Shown here piece after piece: positions 36,610 through 48,308 of a stretch of 64,000 nt of DNA (position 1 is the first letter of the stretch; every line of letters begins with the position of its first letter). Source of the DNA: Mobula hypostoma. Taxonomy: Eukaryota. Below the pieces are notes generated by a model. That model was not told the DNA's origin, did no database searches, and saw only the letters and a list, made by a program, of their open reading frames with translations. A program made the position numbers and the translations under genes. Location: the NCBI RefSeq assembly GCF_963921235.1, contig NC_086109.1, positions 11,286,001 to 11,350,000 of the forward strand, in the 5' to 3' direction.

Positions 36610-37510
36610 CATGCTGAGTGTAGTCTATTTTATCATGTACCTCCAAATGCCCGAAATTTCATTCTTTACAATCAACTCCAACATCTTTCCGACCACTGAA
36701 ATCAAGCTAATTGGCCTAAAATTTTCTTTCTTTTGCCTCCCTCCCTTAAAGAGTGGAGTGACATTTGCAATTTTCTAGTCCTCTGGAACCATTCCAGAAC
36801 CTAGTGATTCTTGAAAGATCATTACTAATGTGTCCACATTCTGTTTAGCCACTTCTCTCAGAATTCTGGTGACTTATTTACCTTAAGATTTCATAACTTC
36901 CCAAGTACCTTCTCTTTAGTATTAACACCTACACTCAATTCTGACCCCCCCCCCCCCAACGCTGTTGCATTTCAGGCATTCTACAGGTGTCTTCACTGAA
37001 GACTGACGCAAGATACTCAAGTTTGCCCTCCATTTCTTTGTCTCCCATTACTACCTCCCTGTGTCATTTTCCTGTGGTCCGATATCCACTGGTCTCTTTT
37101 TTTTTACTCTTTATATATCTTTAAAAACTTTTTGTATCGTTTATATTATTAACTAGCTTACCTTCATTTTCATCTTATCTTATCTTTATGGCTTTTTTAG
37201 TTGCATTTTGTTAGCCTTTAAAAGCTTCTCAATCCTCTACTGTCCCACTAATTTCCTGCAGTATTATATACCTTCCCTTTTGCTCTTATGCTGCCTTTGA
37301 CTTCCCTTGTCAGCCATGGTTGCTCCCTTTAGAATACTTGTCTTTGGGATGTATCCTTCCTGCACCTTCTGAATTTGCCCCTAAAACACCAGCCCTTGCT
37401 GTTATGCCGTCATCCCTGCTAGTGTCCCCATCCAATCAAATTTGGCTAGTTCCTTTCTCATTCCTCTAAATCTTTTACTCCACTGTAATACTGATACAAT
37501 CCGATTTTAG
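36610..37510 (-). mobile_element. Degenerate CR1 LINE fragment
   Basis: Minus strand reads IFQESLGSGMVPED*KIANVTPL and N.RPISLISVVGKMLE, the CR1 pre-RT region. Confidence 0.8.
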
Positions 37511-37865
37511 CTTCATAGTTTCTTGGAAGGCAGAATTATTTCAATTTCCCAACAGCCTTTCCTAGTCAGGAGGACTGGGCTAAAGGTGCATGAATTCCTT
37601 TCTTTGAGAAGCTGAATTAAGTGGGTGAGTCAAGGTTTTAGAATTTTTTTCCAAGTATCTGTTATTTTTAATTTACTGTTATTTTGACCAGAATGGTGCT
37701 TTTGTAAAGGTTAACGTCTTTGTCTTCCAATGCATGAGAAATTACGAATAGTGCTTACTTAACCTGACAATAGGATGCTGCAAGGTTACATCTGATTCTT
37801 TTTTTCTTGTACAGTTTCTTCTGCTTTTGTATGGTTGGTAGTCATAAATGAAATTGATGCCAGAT

Positions 37866-38606
37866 TTGCAGAACTAATGAACCTTGGCAAAGTTGAGTGA
37901 TTAATCTTAAGATCATTTTAGAGCAGTCAGCATAGGTTTGTTCAAAGTGGAACCCTTTAATTTTTTTCTTGATGCTCTTGAGAAAACTGCTCCACATAGC
38001 AAGCAAATTTCAGCAGTGTGGGGAGAACCAACCTGCATGCCTTCACTCTGCAATGCGTTTTGGTTGTTCTGACGTTCCGCATTATTGAATCAGAGTGACA
38101 CGAATACTTGCATTAGTTTGAGGATAGAAACAGTTGCACGGATGTCATTCAATAATTCAGTTCTTGCCATTGTTGCCTGCTCTGTTAAACTCGGTAATGA
38201 ACCTCGCGATGTTTGACATGATTACTGTTATTCAGTTGTTTTGTAGTTGGGTAGGAATATTTGCTGTGACCACAGTAAAAGGATAGGGAATGGGATTTGC
38301 TGAATTGCTATTGCTGAGAACCAGCATAGATTCAAAGGCCCAAATGGCCTTTATCTGTCGTGTTACTATTTTACAACACTTGTTGCATTTCAGTCTTGGA
38401 CAAGGACTATTCAGAATTCCCAGAATTTGCAGAATGAATGAACCTTGGGACAGTTGAGTGATCAATCTTAAAATTATTTTAGACCAATCAGCATAGGTTA
38501 GCTTGGAATGCAACTCATTTTTTTTCCCCTAAACACTCTGAGGAGAACTGCTCCTTACAGCAAGCAAATTTCAACTGTTTGGGGAGAACAAACCCATGTG
38601 CCTTCA
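37866..38606 (+). repeat. Diverged ~180-bp direct repeat pair (37866-38045 and ~38427-38606)
   Basis: Shared blocks TTGCAGAA..AATGAACCTTGG, AGTTGAGTGAT.AATCTTAA, TCAGCATAGGTT, AACTGCTCC, AGCAAGCAAATTTCA, TGGGGAGAAC, TGCCTTCA. Confidence 0.85.
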
Positions 38607-40283
38607 ATCCAAGATGAGTGATTTCTGATTTCCCAGTGCTTACCCCTGAGAGAGAGAGTTTTTCAGGGTTACATTGGAAGATTCCAGTGTCCCATTAAGC
38701 ACTTCCTCCTTGCATTTTTAGCTAGCTTAGTTGATACTTCATTCATCTACCATGAGGAAGTTGTCAAAATACTTTCTCCATCCATTCTATTTATAGTCCT
38801 TCACTCCCTATAATGCCTTGGCAACTGCGACAGCAGTTCATCTTGAGAGGGTGAAATATTTTACAAATTGTGGCATAATTTCTTGTCTTTGCTTGGTACA
38901 AAGTCAAAAGAGGTGTGTGTCTTCCGTGCAACATCTCTGCTGGACAGAATAACGTGCCTTTTAGCCTTAGAGTCCTACTGATTTGGGCATACTTAATTGT
39001 CATTGCACTGAGACCTTGAAGGAACAAATGATATCTGTTGATGTGTAGATGTAAGCTTTTAGCTTATCCTTTCATGATTCCTTTGTGCTGATGTACCCGG
39101 TGAAACTCTGATAGTTGGGAACCCTTGGAATTTTGGTGACGCGCAGATTTTCTGGACTATTGGATGTTATTTTAATTCACTCACTGAAACACTTGTTTTC
39201 AGACATTGCACAGCAGTATGATAAATTTTCCTGTGAACCCGTTGAGTTTCAGGGGGGCATATGGGAAACAAATCCCAGTGTGATAAAGGGACTGTCCAAA
39301 TGGGGCCCTGGTGGACCAATATTTTCAAACAACAGAACAGCTGGCTCCCAGAGATTTACTGCATTCGGATGCAGGCCACACTTCCTCGTACAAGAAACTT
39401 TTCTATCAACTTTTCTGTTCATTTTTTGTTAGTGAAAATTTTGTTAATGTCACGTATTGCAAGCCAGTGATAAGATGGTGAAGTTCTTGGTTGCTGCTGC
39501 AGACTGTACCCTAGGAGGACTGTGTCACTGTGCCCTCCCTTGTCCTCCATCTCCCTCTTTCATTGGATCCCCAAGCAATAATGGTTAACCTGTTTCACGG
39601 GTTTGTTTTTGAGCTTTGAACTTTGGCTACAATTTAGTTAATGCAGTAAAGTTGGAAGTATGAATGGTAGGCATTTATACTCTGCAAGAAAGAGTCACTG
39701 AGACCAACCATCTTGTGAGTCAATGGTCTGTGGATTTGTTCCACCTGTTTCACATGCTCTGCATTGACCAACTGCAGCTAGTGCTAATTACTTAGAACAT
39801 AGCACACTACAGGCCCTTTGACTAACCATGTTGCATTGACCTTTTAGCCTACTCCAAAATCAAACTAACCCTTCCCTCCTATGTAGCCCTCCACTTTTCT
39901 GTCATCCATATGTCTATCCAAGAGGCTCTTAAATGTCTCTTAATATATTTTCCTCTACCAACACCCCTCGCTGCACATTCTATGTGCCCATCATTTTGTG
40001 TAAATAAATGAATAAACTTGCCTCAGGTATCCACATCATAATTTTTCTCCAACAATCACCTTAAAATTATGCTCCCCTTGTATTAGCCATTTCAGCCCGG
40101 GGGGGGGGGGGTTGGTGGTGAAAGTCTCTGATTCTCCATTCATTAATTACAATAGTTTTTTAAAATTGCATTTCCAAATGGAAATATAAACATAATGAAC
40201 CTTTTAATGTTACCTTTATCTGTGCCTGTGATTTATTTTTTTAATCAAGAGATTGGTTATTTTAAATGCTTTAGGTAGTTATT

Positions 40284-40604
40284 AGTGTGGGCACATGGCC
40301 AAGTGGTTAAGGCATTGGACTAGCAACCTGAAGGTCGTCAGTTCGAGCCCCAGCCGAGGGAATGTGTTGTGTCCTTGAGCAAGGCACTTAACCACACATT
40401 GCTTTGCGACGACACGGGTGCCAAGCTGTATGGGTCCTAGTGCCCCTCCCTTGGACAACATCGGTGTGGTGGAGAGGGGAGACTTGTAGCATGGGCAACT
40501 GCTAGTCTTCCATACAACCTTGCCCAGGCCTGCACCCTGGAGAGTGAAGACTTTCCAGGTGCAGATCCATGGTCTCACAAGACTAACGGATGCCTTTAAT
40601 TTAA
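40284..40604 (+). mobile_element. Full-length tRNA-head CORE-type SINE, tail variant B
   Basis: A box TGGCCAAGTGG, B box GTTCGAGCC, core GTGTCCTTGAGCAAGGCACTTAACC, tail AGACTAACGGATGCC(TTTAA)n; 14-bp TSD TTTAGGTAGTTATT (40270-40283, 40605-40618). Confidence 0.92.
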
Positions 40605-41229
40605 TTTAGGTAGTTATTGAAGTTGTATCGTTTATTTGTTACAGAACTGGAAGATTATGTATGCAAAATGATGGGGCTTTGGATAGTTATTCCTGTTCTT
40701 TCCTTTTCACACCACAAGTTTAGTGCTGCAGTCATGCAGTCATGCCTCACACAGATTGTTTTCTTATTCTTAAAGCAGAGGGTCACAAATCAATTCAACA
40801 TCTTAACCAATATCAGACTATATCAAAGATTGTATATGTGTGTATGAGGAGTACAGAATGCTCTGTGGACTGAAGGATTCCGTTCTGTGGTATGTCAATA
40901 TAAACAAGATTATTGACAACTAATTAATTTGCAGAATTTCTTGCTTCTTGCCTCACCTTGTTTTTCTTTTCCTTTATGAATGATGACATTGATTAGAAAT
41001 TGGCAGGCTTAGCTGTAATTTTTCGAGTGGAATGATAGGGTTGGATTGTCATTTGCCCCTGCAATGTCCTGTTTCTGCCATTGTCACTTTGCCATTTCCT
41101 GATGCTGCCTTGCTTTTGAGATCTTCGGTTGTCCATTAAGGAAATCTTGAGGCATGACTTCCTTGGCACGGTGCACATGCTCCAATTCTTCCTAGATTTC
41201 CTTGAGGGGTGCTTTGAAATACTTTGAAA

Positions 41230-44200
41230 AGTAAGTTGTGAGATGTCATTGGCTTTGTTGATACCCTCTGGGAAAGGGAGGAGGGGTAAGACATCAGATG
41301 AACAAGCATCTGACCCCTGGCGTTCTTCTGCATTGGAATGTGTAGGATAGCATGTTTTAACTTGCTGGTGTGCACTCTGTAACTGGCTCGCAGTTCCCCA
41401 TGGAGCTGCCAGGGTGGCTGATGGTGCAATTCAGCCCATTACGTGCGTAACGTGTCTTACTGAGAACATCTTGCAGAATAGAACAATTTGATCTGCATGT
41501 GTTGTTTCATGGTAATAAGCGCAATCAACCTAAGCAAAGACAAAGGAGCACATTTTTGTTTGAAATACGCAGCAAGGAAAAAAGGCAATTCAGACTTTAA
41601 AAAGGATAGGTTTAAACCTCTGCACCTAGGCACAACAGTTGCCTGGATTTGACTTGGAGAAGCGAGAGAATGGTGATTGTGCTTAAGGATTCAGGCAAGA
41701 TACTTCTCAAGTGTAGTGAATGAATGTTGGTGCCTGCCAATGACATATTTCTGGCATTGACATTAATTTCTTGCAGACAATATGTCAGAAAGATATATTA
41801 ACTTAATTTGTCATGTACATCGAAACATTTGCAGTGAACTGGGTTGTTTGCATCAAATCTGTGAGAATTGTGCTGAGTTGCCAGCACTGGAGGCCATGTT
41901 TATGGCACTAACGTAGCATGCCCACAACTTTCGAACTTAACTTTGTGTCTTTGGCATGTGAGAGGAAACTGGAGCACCTGAGGGAAACCTATGCTATTGC
42001 AGGGAGAACATAAACTCCTTTAAAGCAGTGGCGGGTATCAAACCCCGACTGGTGATTGCTTGTGCTGTCAAGTGATGCTTTGCCACCGTGCTGCCCCACA
42101 GAAGAAATGTAGGAGTAAGGTGATTGTGTCAAAGGACTTCATTGCTTTGTGTATGCAGGTGACAGTAAAGTTATAGGTACGAACGGCCAGCTCTTATCCT
42201 AAGGGTCACTGATTCCAACTGCCTGGTGAATAAATGGTTAGCGGATTTGTTCGAGCTGTTTCTTTCACTCTGCATTGATCTAAGTAAATCTTCAGCCACA
42301 GCTTCCATGGCAAGGTGTCACTGTGTCCTTGATTTCCTTGAGGGATACTTTGAAATTCTTGCTCCATCCTTCTCTTGAACAGTTGATGTAATCATGTCAG
42401 GAAGGTTTGTTTTGGGGGTATTAATCAATCATTCAGAATTGTAAACGCTCTGAAATTTTTTGAAAAGGTAATTGCATTTAATGTCAGAATTGCCAATGCA
42501 CCGTTTAATTTTCAAAATTTAGTTGTTCTGAACTTCAAAAGCAGCCACACTTTTTTTTTAAAGTCTGATGTCTCGCACAAATGTAGTTTTCTCTGTAGTA
42601 TTGATGCAAAATTTAATTGATCCTCAAAGATACTTGAGTACATTGAATGCTGTCATTTGATTTGCTTGTCAAAAGGCTAAATAAACACGCCTGCCAAGTC
42701 AGCTCCATGGTCATTAACCGGCAGATAAATTGAGGGGTGGGTAAAGAGAAGTCAGACCTATTCTTCACTCACCAGTGCTGGGCACCTGCATTTGTTGACT
42801 GCTGATTTTGCAACCCCTCTCTCTCCCCCCGCCCCCCCAACACCCACACCCCCGCACACACACAGTTCCAGTAATTTCAGTAGAGGCAAACCTATGAAGT
42901 TGAATACAACTGGCAGTCAATGTTTTAGAAACCCAAGATAATTTCTCTTTAGCATCTGGTGGAGTGGGGGGAGGGGAATTGCAAGGTCAGGGACGTTTTA
43001 ATCCAGTGACATATGCCAATTATAATCCAGATGTTTATTAAATTCCTGATGCAAGGTCAGAATATCTGAAATGTCACCTGTCTCCCTTGGCAGATGCTGC
43101 TGAGCGGAATATTTCAGATATTCTTTGTGTACGTTTTGGATTTTTGGTAGTTTTACTAAAAGTATGCCTTCTAGTTCAATGAAAAACTGTGCATAAATGA
43201 TTATAGCATCTCAGATGCAAAACTGGTCTGTCTTCAATGACAGCGGTGTCTTTGCTCTACCATCTGCAGTTAATCACTACTTTGATCCTAGTATTAAAAT
43301 TACAATGAAACAGATACCATTACAAACACAATGCTGGAGGAACTCTCAGATCAGGCAACATCTATGGCGAGGAATGAAAAGTTGAACTGACGAAGGGTCT
43401 TGGGCCGAGACGTCGATGTTCAATCCTCTCCATGGATGCTGCCTGACCTGCTAAGTTCCTCCAGCATTTTGTGTTTGTTCCTCTGGATCTCCAGCATCTG
43501 CAAAATCTCTTATGTTTGCCATTCAATGTCTTGGCACTCAGTAAGTATTAATGTATGAAATATCATTGTTTCTTGGGAAGTACCACTGTATTATGCATTA
43601 TCAAACATGTTTTGTAATGAAAATGTGCCAGATTTTGTTGGACCTAGTCTGCAACCTTTGATTTTTCACTACCCCCCAGCCCACACTCCACATCCAGCCT
43701 AAGGCTCTATCATGTGATTGCAGTGGCTGTGGACAGAACATTAGACCCACCCACAGGCCACCCTGATGCACTTCTGACACTTCATGCTTACAGACCTTGT
43801 TACTCTTTCCCAAATATCTAATAATCAGAGTTTTAGAAACAAGTGAAAAAATATTTAGAATTATGAAAATTAATTCAAATTACATTGGCTAAATCTATTT
43901 TAAGTAAATCATTTGTTAAAGTAAAAAAAAATGCATGGCATTTATAATGGTGGTTGGGAACCCTTTGCTGAATGAAGTTAACACAAAATGCTGGGGGAAC
44001 TCATCAGGTCAGGCAGCATCGATGGAAAGAAATAGAGAGTTGAAGTTTCATGCCAAGATTCTTCATTTCTTTCCAAAGATGCTGCCTTGGCCTGCTGAGT
44101 TCCTCCAGCATTTTATGTGTGCTACTCTGAAACTGCAGCATCTGCAGAACGTCTTGTGTTGATGAGTGAGGCTTAGTGGGTGAATTGGCCAAATAGAAAG

Positions 44201-45095
44201 CTTACTTGACCCCTTCCTTAGTTTGGTGGGTTGTGGAATGCCGTTGGACTGGTTGGTACACTCTGGGGAAAGGGAGGAGGGAGAAAGACATGGTCAGATG
44301 GACAAGTATCTGGCCTGTAGTGCTCTTCTGCAACAGAATGTGCAGAATTGCAAGTTTGGAACTTGCTGAGCTGCACTCTGTAACTGGCTAGCAATTCCCC
44401 ATGGCTGGGCTGACGGTGCAATTAAGCCCATTTGCTGTGTCTTAGAGAGAGCAGCTGGCAGAATAGACAATTTGACCTGCACATAGTGTTTCGTGGTAAT
44501 ATGCACGATCACCTCAAACAAAGAAAAGGAGCACATTTTTGTCTGAAAGACACAAGCTCAAATGGTGGGGGGAGGGGGCGGGAGGGAAGAGAAGGAGAGC
44601 AAACAATGCAATTCAGACTTAAAGGATAGATTTAAACCTCTGGATCTTGCCATAACTGTTGTCCTACATGAAGAAAGAGAATGTTGATTGTGATTAAAGC
44701 TTCAAGCAAGGTGGATTCCTCTCAAGTGTAGTGAATGTTAGGTGAATGCCAATGACAAATTTGTTTTCCATTTTATGACATTAAAATTGTGTTTTTTTTT
44801 GCAGACCTGTATTTCACAAAGATAGATTAGCTTTATTTGTCACGTGTACATCAAAACACACAGTGAAATGCATCCTTTGCATCAAATCAAATCGATAAGG
44901 CTTGTGCTATGCAGCCCGCAAGTGTTACCATAGCCTGGCTACAACTTGCCAACCTTAACTCGTATGTCTTTGAAATGTAGAAGAAAACTCCTTACAGAAG
45001 TGGCGGAAATCAAACCCCAACCAGTGATCCCTGGCACAGTAAAGCAATGTGTTAACCTTTTCTCTACTGTGCCAAGAAAAAAATATAGGAGTGTG
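41230..45095 (+). repeat. Diverged local duplication, ~870-bp units at ~41230-42115 and ~44225-45095
   Basis: Colinear shared blocks (GGGAAAGGGAGGAGGG, TGCACTCTGTAACTGGCT, AAAGGAGCACATTTTTGT, GCAATTCAGACTT, TCTCAAGTGTAGTGAATG), including the same downstream TE fragment; offset about 3000 nt. Confidence 0.88.
43322..43516. mobile_element. PLE-derived fold-back element
   Basis: ACAAACACAATGCTGGAGGAACT ... CTGACGAAGGGTCTTGGGCCGAGACGTCGA ... AGTTCCTCCAGCATTTTGTGTTTGT. A similar palindrome lies at ~43979-44160. Confidence 0.8.
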
Positions 45096-45902
45096 TGTAG
45101 GGTTTTGTGGATGCTGGTGACTTAAGTTAAGGCCAGTTGTAATCCTTGAAAACAACTCACGTGGCGATTTTTCTTTGCAAAATACAAAGTTGTGTTATCT
45201 GCATGTGCATCAAGAAATGAGTTGAAAATAGTTTTTCATAAATTCCACAAGAGCAAATTTTATTCTGTGCAACTAATTTTGGGCTGTGATTTGTGAACAA
45301 GGGCGAATGAATTCCTGTTATCAAGACCCCTGTACTTCAAAAATTCCCATCATTTAAGGTTTTACATCAAATTTGTGCACTTCCTTCTAGAGTGCAGACT
45401 CATTCATAATCTTCCTTTATAGCTATCACGTAAAATGTTAACCCATTATCGTTTAAATTGGTGAGTGGAGGAAGTGTTTTGTAATAGTGGAAAACCTTAA
45501 AGTTGTTCCAAGTTAAATTGTTATTGTAGTTCCTGATAAACTACCTTTTATTCAAGAGCAAAATAATTTGTTCTGCTGTGCTAGTCCATCCTGTTTGTCT
45601 TGCTTATTCATCCTTTTGCTCTGCCTTGCCCTTTTCCACGTCTTTTATTTTGCAGAATCTTTCAAAGTTTGCAGCAACGCAGAGGCCATTTGGCTTGTAT
45701 TGCCTGTGCTGTTAAATTTTAATTTTGGGAGATTAATTACTCAGTGCTGGAAAAAGTTCAACAGCAAGGGTTCTTACTTATTTTAACCCCTTACTGATGT
45801 GTACACCAATAATCATTTTTGCATCCATTTGTTATTTTTGTGACTTTACTGCCTGACATAATATCTTCACATAGTTATGGAGGCTCTCGCTCACTGCATA
45901 TG

Positions 45903-46447
45903 CACTCAGTGGCCAGTTTATTAGGTACAGGAGTGGATGTCAGTTTGGTCTTCTGCTGTATCCCATCCACTTCTAGGTTCAATGCGTTGTGCATTCAGAA
46001 ATGCTCTTCTACGCACCACTATTGTAAAGTATGGTTATTTGAGCTATTGACATTTTCCTGTCAGTTTGAACCAGTCTGCCCATTCTCCTCAGACCTCTCT
46101 CATTAGAAAGGCGTTGTCACTCACAGATCCGCTGCTCACTGGGTATTTTTTTATTTTAATTTTTTGCACCACTCTCTGTAAACTAGAGACTGTTGTGTGT
46201 GAAAGTTCTAGGAGAACAGCAGTTTCTGAGATTCTCAAACCACCCCGTCTGGTACCAACAATCATTCCACAGTCAAAGTCACTTAGATCACATATCTTCC
46301 CCATTCTGATGATTGTTTATCTGAACAACAACTGAGCCTCTTGACCACATCTGCATGCTTTTATGCATTGAGTTGCTGCCACATGATTGGCTGGTTAGAT
46401 ATTTGCATGGACGAGCAGGTGTTCAGGTGCACCTAATAAAGTGGCCA
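45903..46447 (-). mobile_element. Tc1-like transposon deletion derivative
   Basis: TIRs CACTCAGTGGCCAGTTTATTAGGT ... ACCTAATAAAGTGGCCA; ORF MGKICDLSDFDCGMIVGTRRGGLRISETAVLLELSHTTVS (Tc1 transposase N-terminus). Confidence 0.85.
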
Positions 46448-47920
46448 TTCCTCTCCATCCTAACTCAATACTAATCCCACTTGCCTGCTGTTTACCCTCT
46501 GTACTTTGCTCTTTCAAGTGCCCGCGGGTGCCTCTTAAATGTTGGTACTGCTCCTCCTCCAAAACCACTTCTGGCAACTCATTGCACATACCAACTACTG
46601 TGTGAAAACATTACCCCTCAGATCCCCTTTAACTCTGCTCCCTTTCACCTTAAACTTCATGCCCTACAATTGGAAATAGGCACTGACCAGCTATCTTCTG
46701 TCTCTCATAATTTTGTATACCTCAATCATGTTTTTGTCAACCTCCTTTGCCTCAGGGAAAATGTGCTTAGTCTCTCCAATCCCTTCTCGTTACTCAATCC
46801 AGGCAACATCTATATGAATTTTTTTGACACCCTCTAATATTCACATCCTCCTTGTACTGAATTTTGATGTTTGGTACTGAGCACTTGGCAGTGACTTGAA
46901 ATACTCTTCACAGTTCAAAACCATCTTGCCTTGTATGAAGGAATAAACTTCCTGATCCTCAAATGTAGCTGCACTCTTCCTTGCTTTTGCTTTGTGCTTT
47001 TCCCTAAATTGTTGTTCGCAGGATCACTATTGGCAAGAACAGAACAGGTATTAACAGCTTAGCAAAAGAAAGATCAAAATATGTGTGTTTAGGCAGTGTG
47101 GTATAACAGTTACAATGCCGAGTAAGTGTATATGGGGTTGATTGCAAGGATGACAGAACGGTGATAATTTCCCTTGTATTTCTCCTGGTTATCCCCATTT
47201 CATTCCACTTTATCATGGTTTTGTGTTCCTTCCTTTGCTGGTGAAGTACTTCTCTTTATTATTTGACTATACAGTATATGTAGTGGTGTCTGTATATACC
47301 ACTGTAAAATTGTTCTTGTGAGAGGTAAAATTTTCAATGATTCTGTAACTCGTGTTCTCAGTAGTACTTATTTTTTTTAAATTACAGTTACCCTTTTGTA
47401 CGTTGGTTGGTTGTCAGTTTGTTCATAGTTTTCATAAATTCCAGAATTATAGAAATTATATTTCTATAATTTCCTGTAAATGCCTGCAAAAAGGATATGG
47501 TATTGTAGTGACATATTTTGCTAATAAATTTACTTTGACTCTGAATGGGTTTAAAGTCGAACCTAGTGTAGCTGCTTAATTCAAGTTTTGTTTCTTCCTG
47601 CGTCATTCAGTAACCTCATCTGACTGATCCTATATAGTCCATTATGCTCTTTGACCTACTTCATTGTTGATTTCCAGGGAATTATTTCGTACGATCATCC
47701 AGAGTCTGCAGAATTTGAATGGAAACTTTAACCTCTCCAGTGAAAGGGGAACCAAGTGCCAATCTTTCTAACAGCCTTGCAAACAGAATGTTTCTGGTCT
47801 AGAAGTAGTTATCTGATTTGCACAAGCTGCCCTTTTACTTCTGCAATCAGGAAACAGTATCTTGAGAGCCTGGAGGTCAGGGTTGGGGGGAGGAGGGGAG
47901 ACAATGTTTCTAAAAGCTGA

Positions 47921-48308
47921 AGCAACACACACAAAATGCTGGAGAAACTCAGAAGGTCAGGCAGCATCTTTTGGAGAGGAATAAACATTTGACGTTTTGG
48001 GCAGAGACCCTTAACCAGAACCGGTAAAGGGGGCAGAGGCCAGAATTAGGTGGGTTGAGGGGAAGGAGTACAAGTTGGAAGGTGATAGGTGAGACCAGGT
48101 AAGGGGGAAGGTGCGCGGAGGAGAGGAGAAGAAGCGGAGAGGTGATAGGTGGAAGAAGTACTGAAGAAGGGATCTGATAGAGATTAGCTGACCATGAAAG
48201 AAAAGGAATGAGAAGGGGCCAGAGGGAGATGATGAGCAGGTGAGGACAAAGGAAAGGGTGAAAGAGGAGGCTACCCAGATAGAATAGGAGGTATTGCTCC
48301 TCCAACTT
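47921..48308 (-). mobile_element. PLE 3' fragment
   Basis: EEQYLLFYLGSL (PLE C-terminus), purine-rich on +, terminal repeat ACACACAAAATGCTGG. Confidence 0.75.

Noticed and set aside
40284..40365. Stand-alone tRNA gene
   Set aside because: The A/B boxes belong to a SINE head followed by a core domain, tail and 14-bp TSD.
41310..41445. HDV-like ribozyme in duplication copy A (CCCTGG/CCAGGG, then GG and a hairpin)
   Set aside because: The L3 equivalent is too long, there is no GCRA-type J4/2 or adjacent P2, and the pairing segment is partly deleted in copy B.
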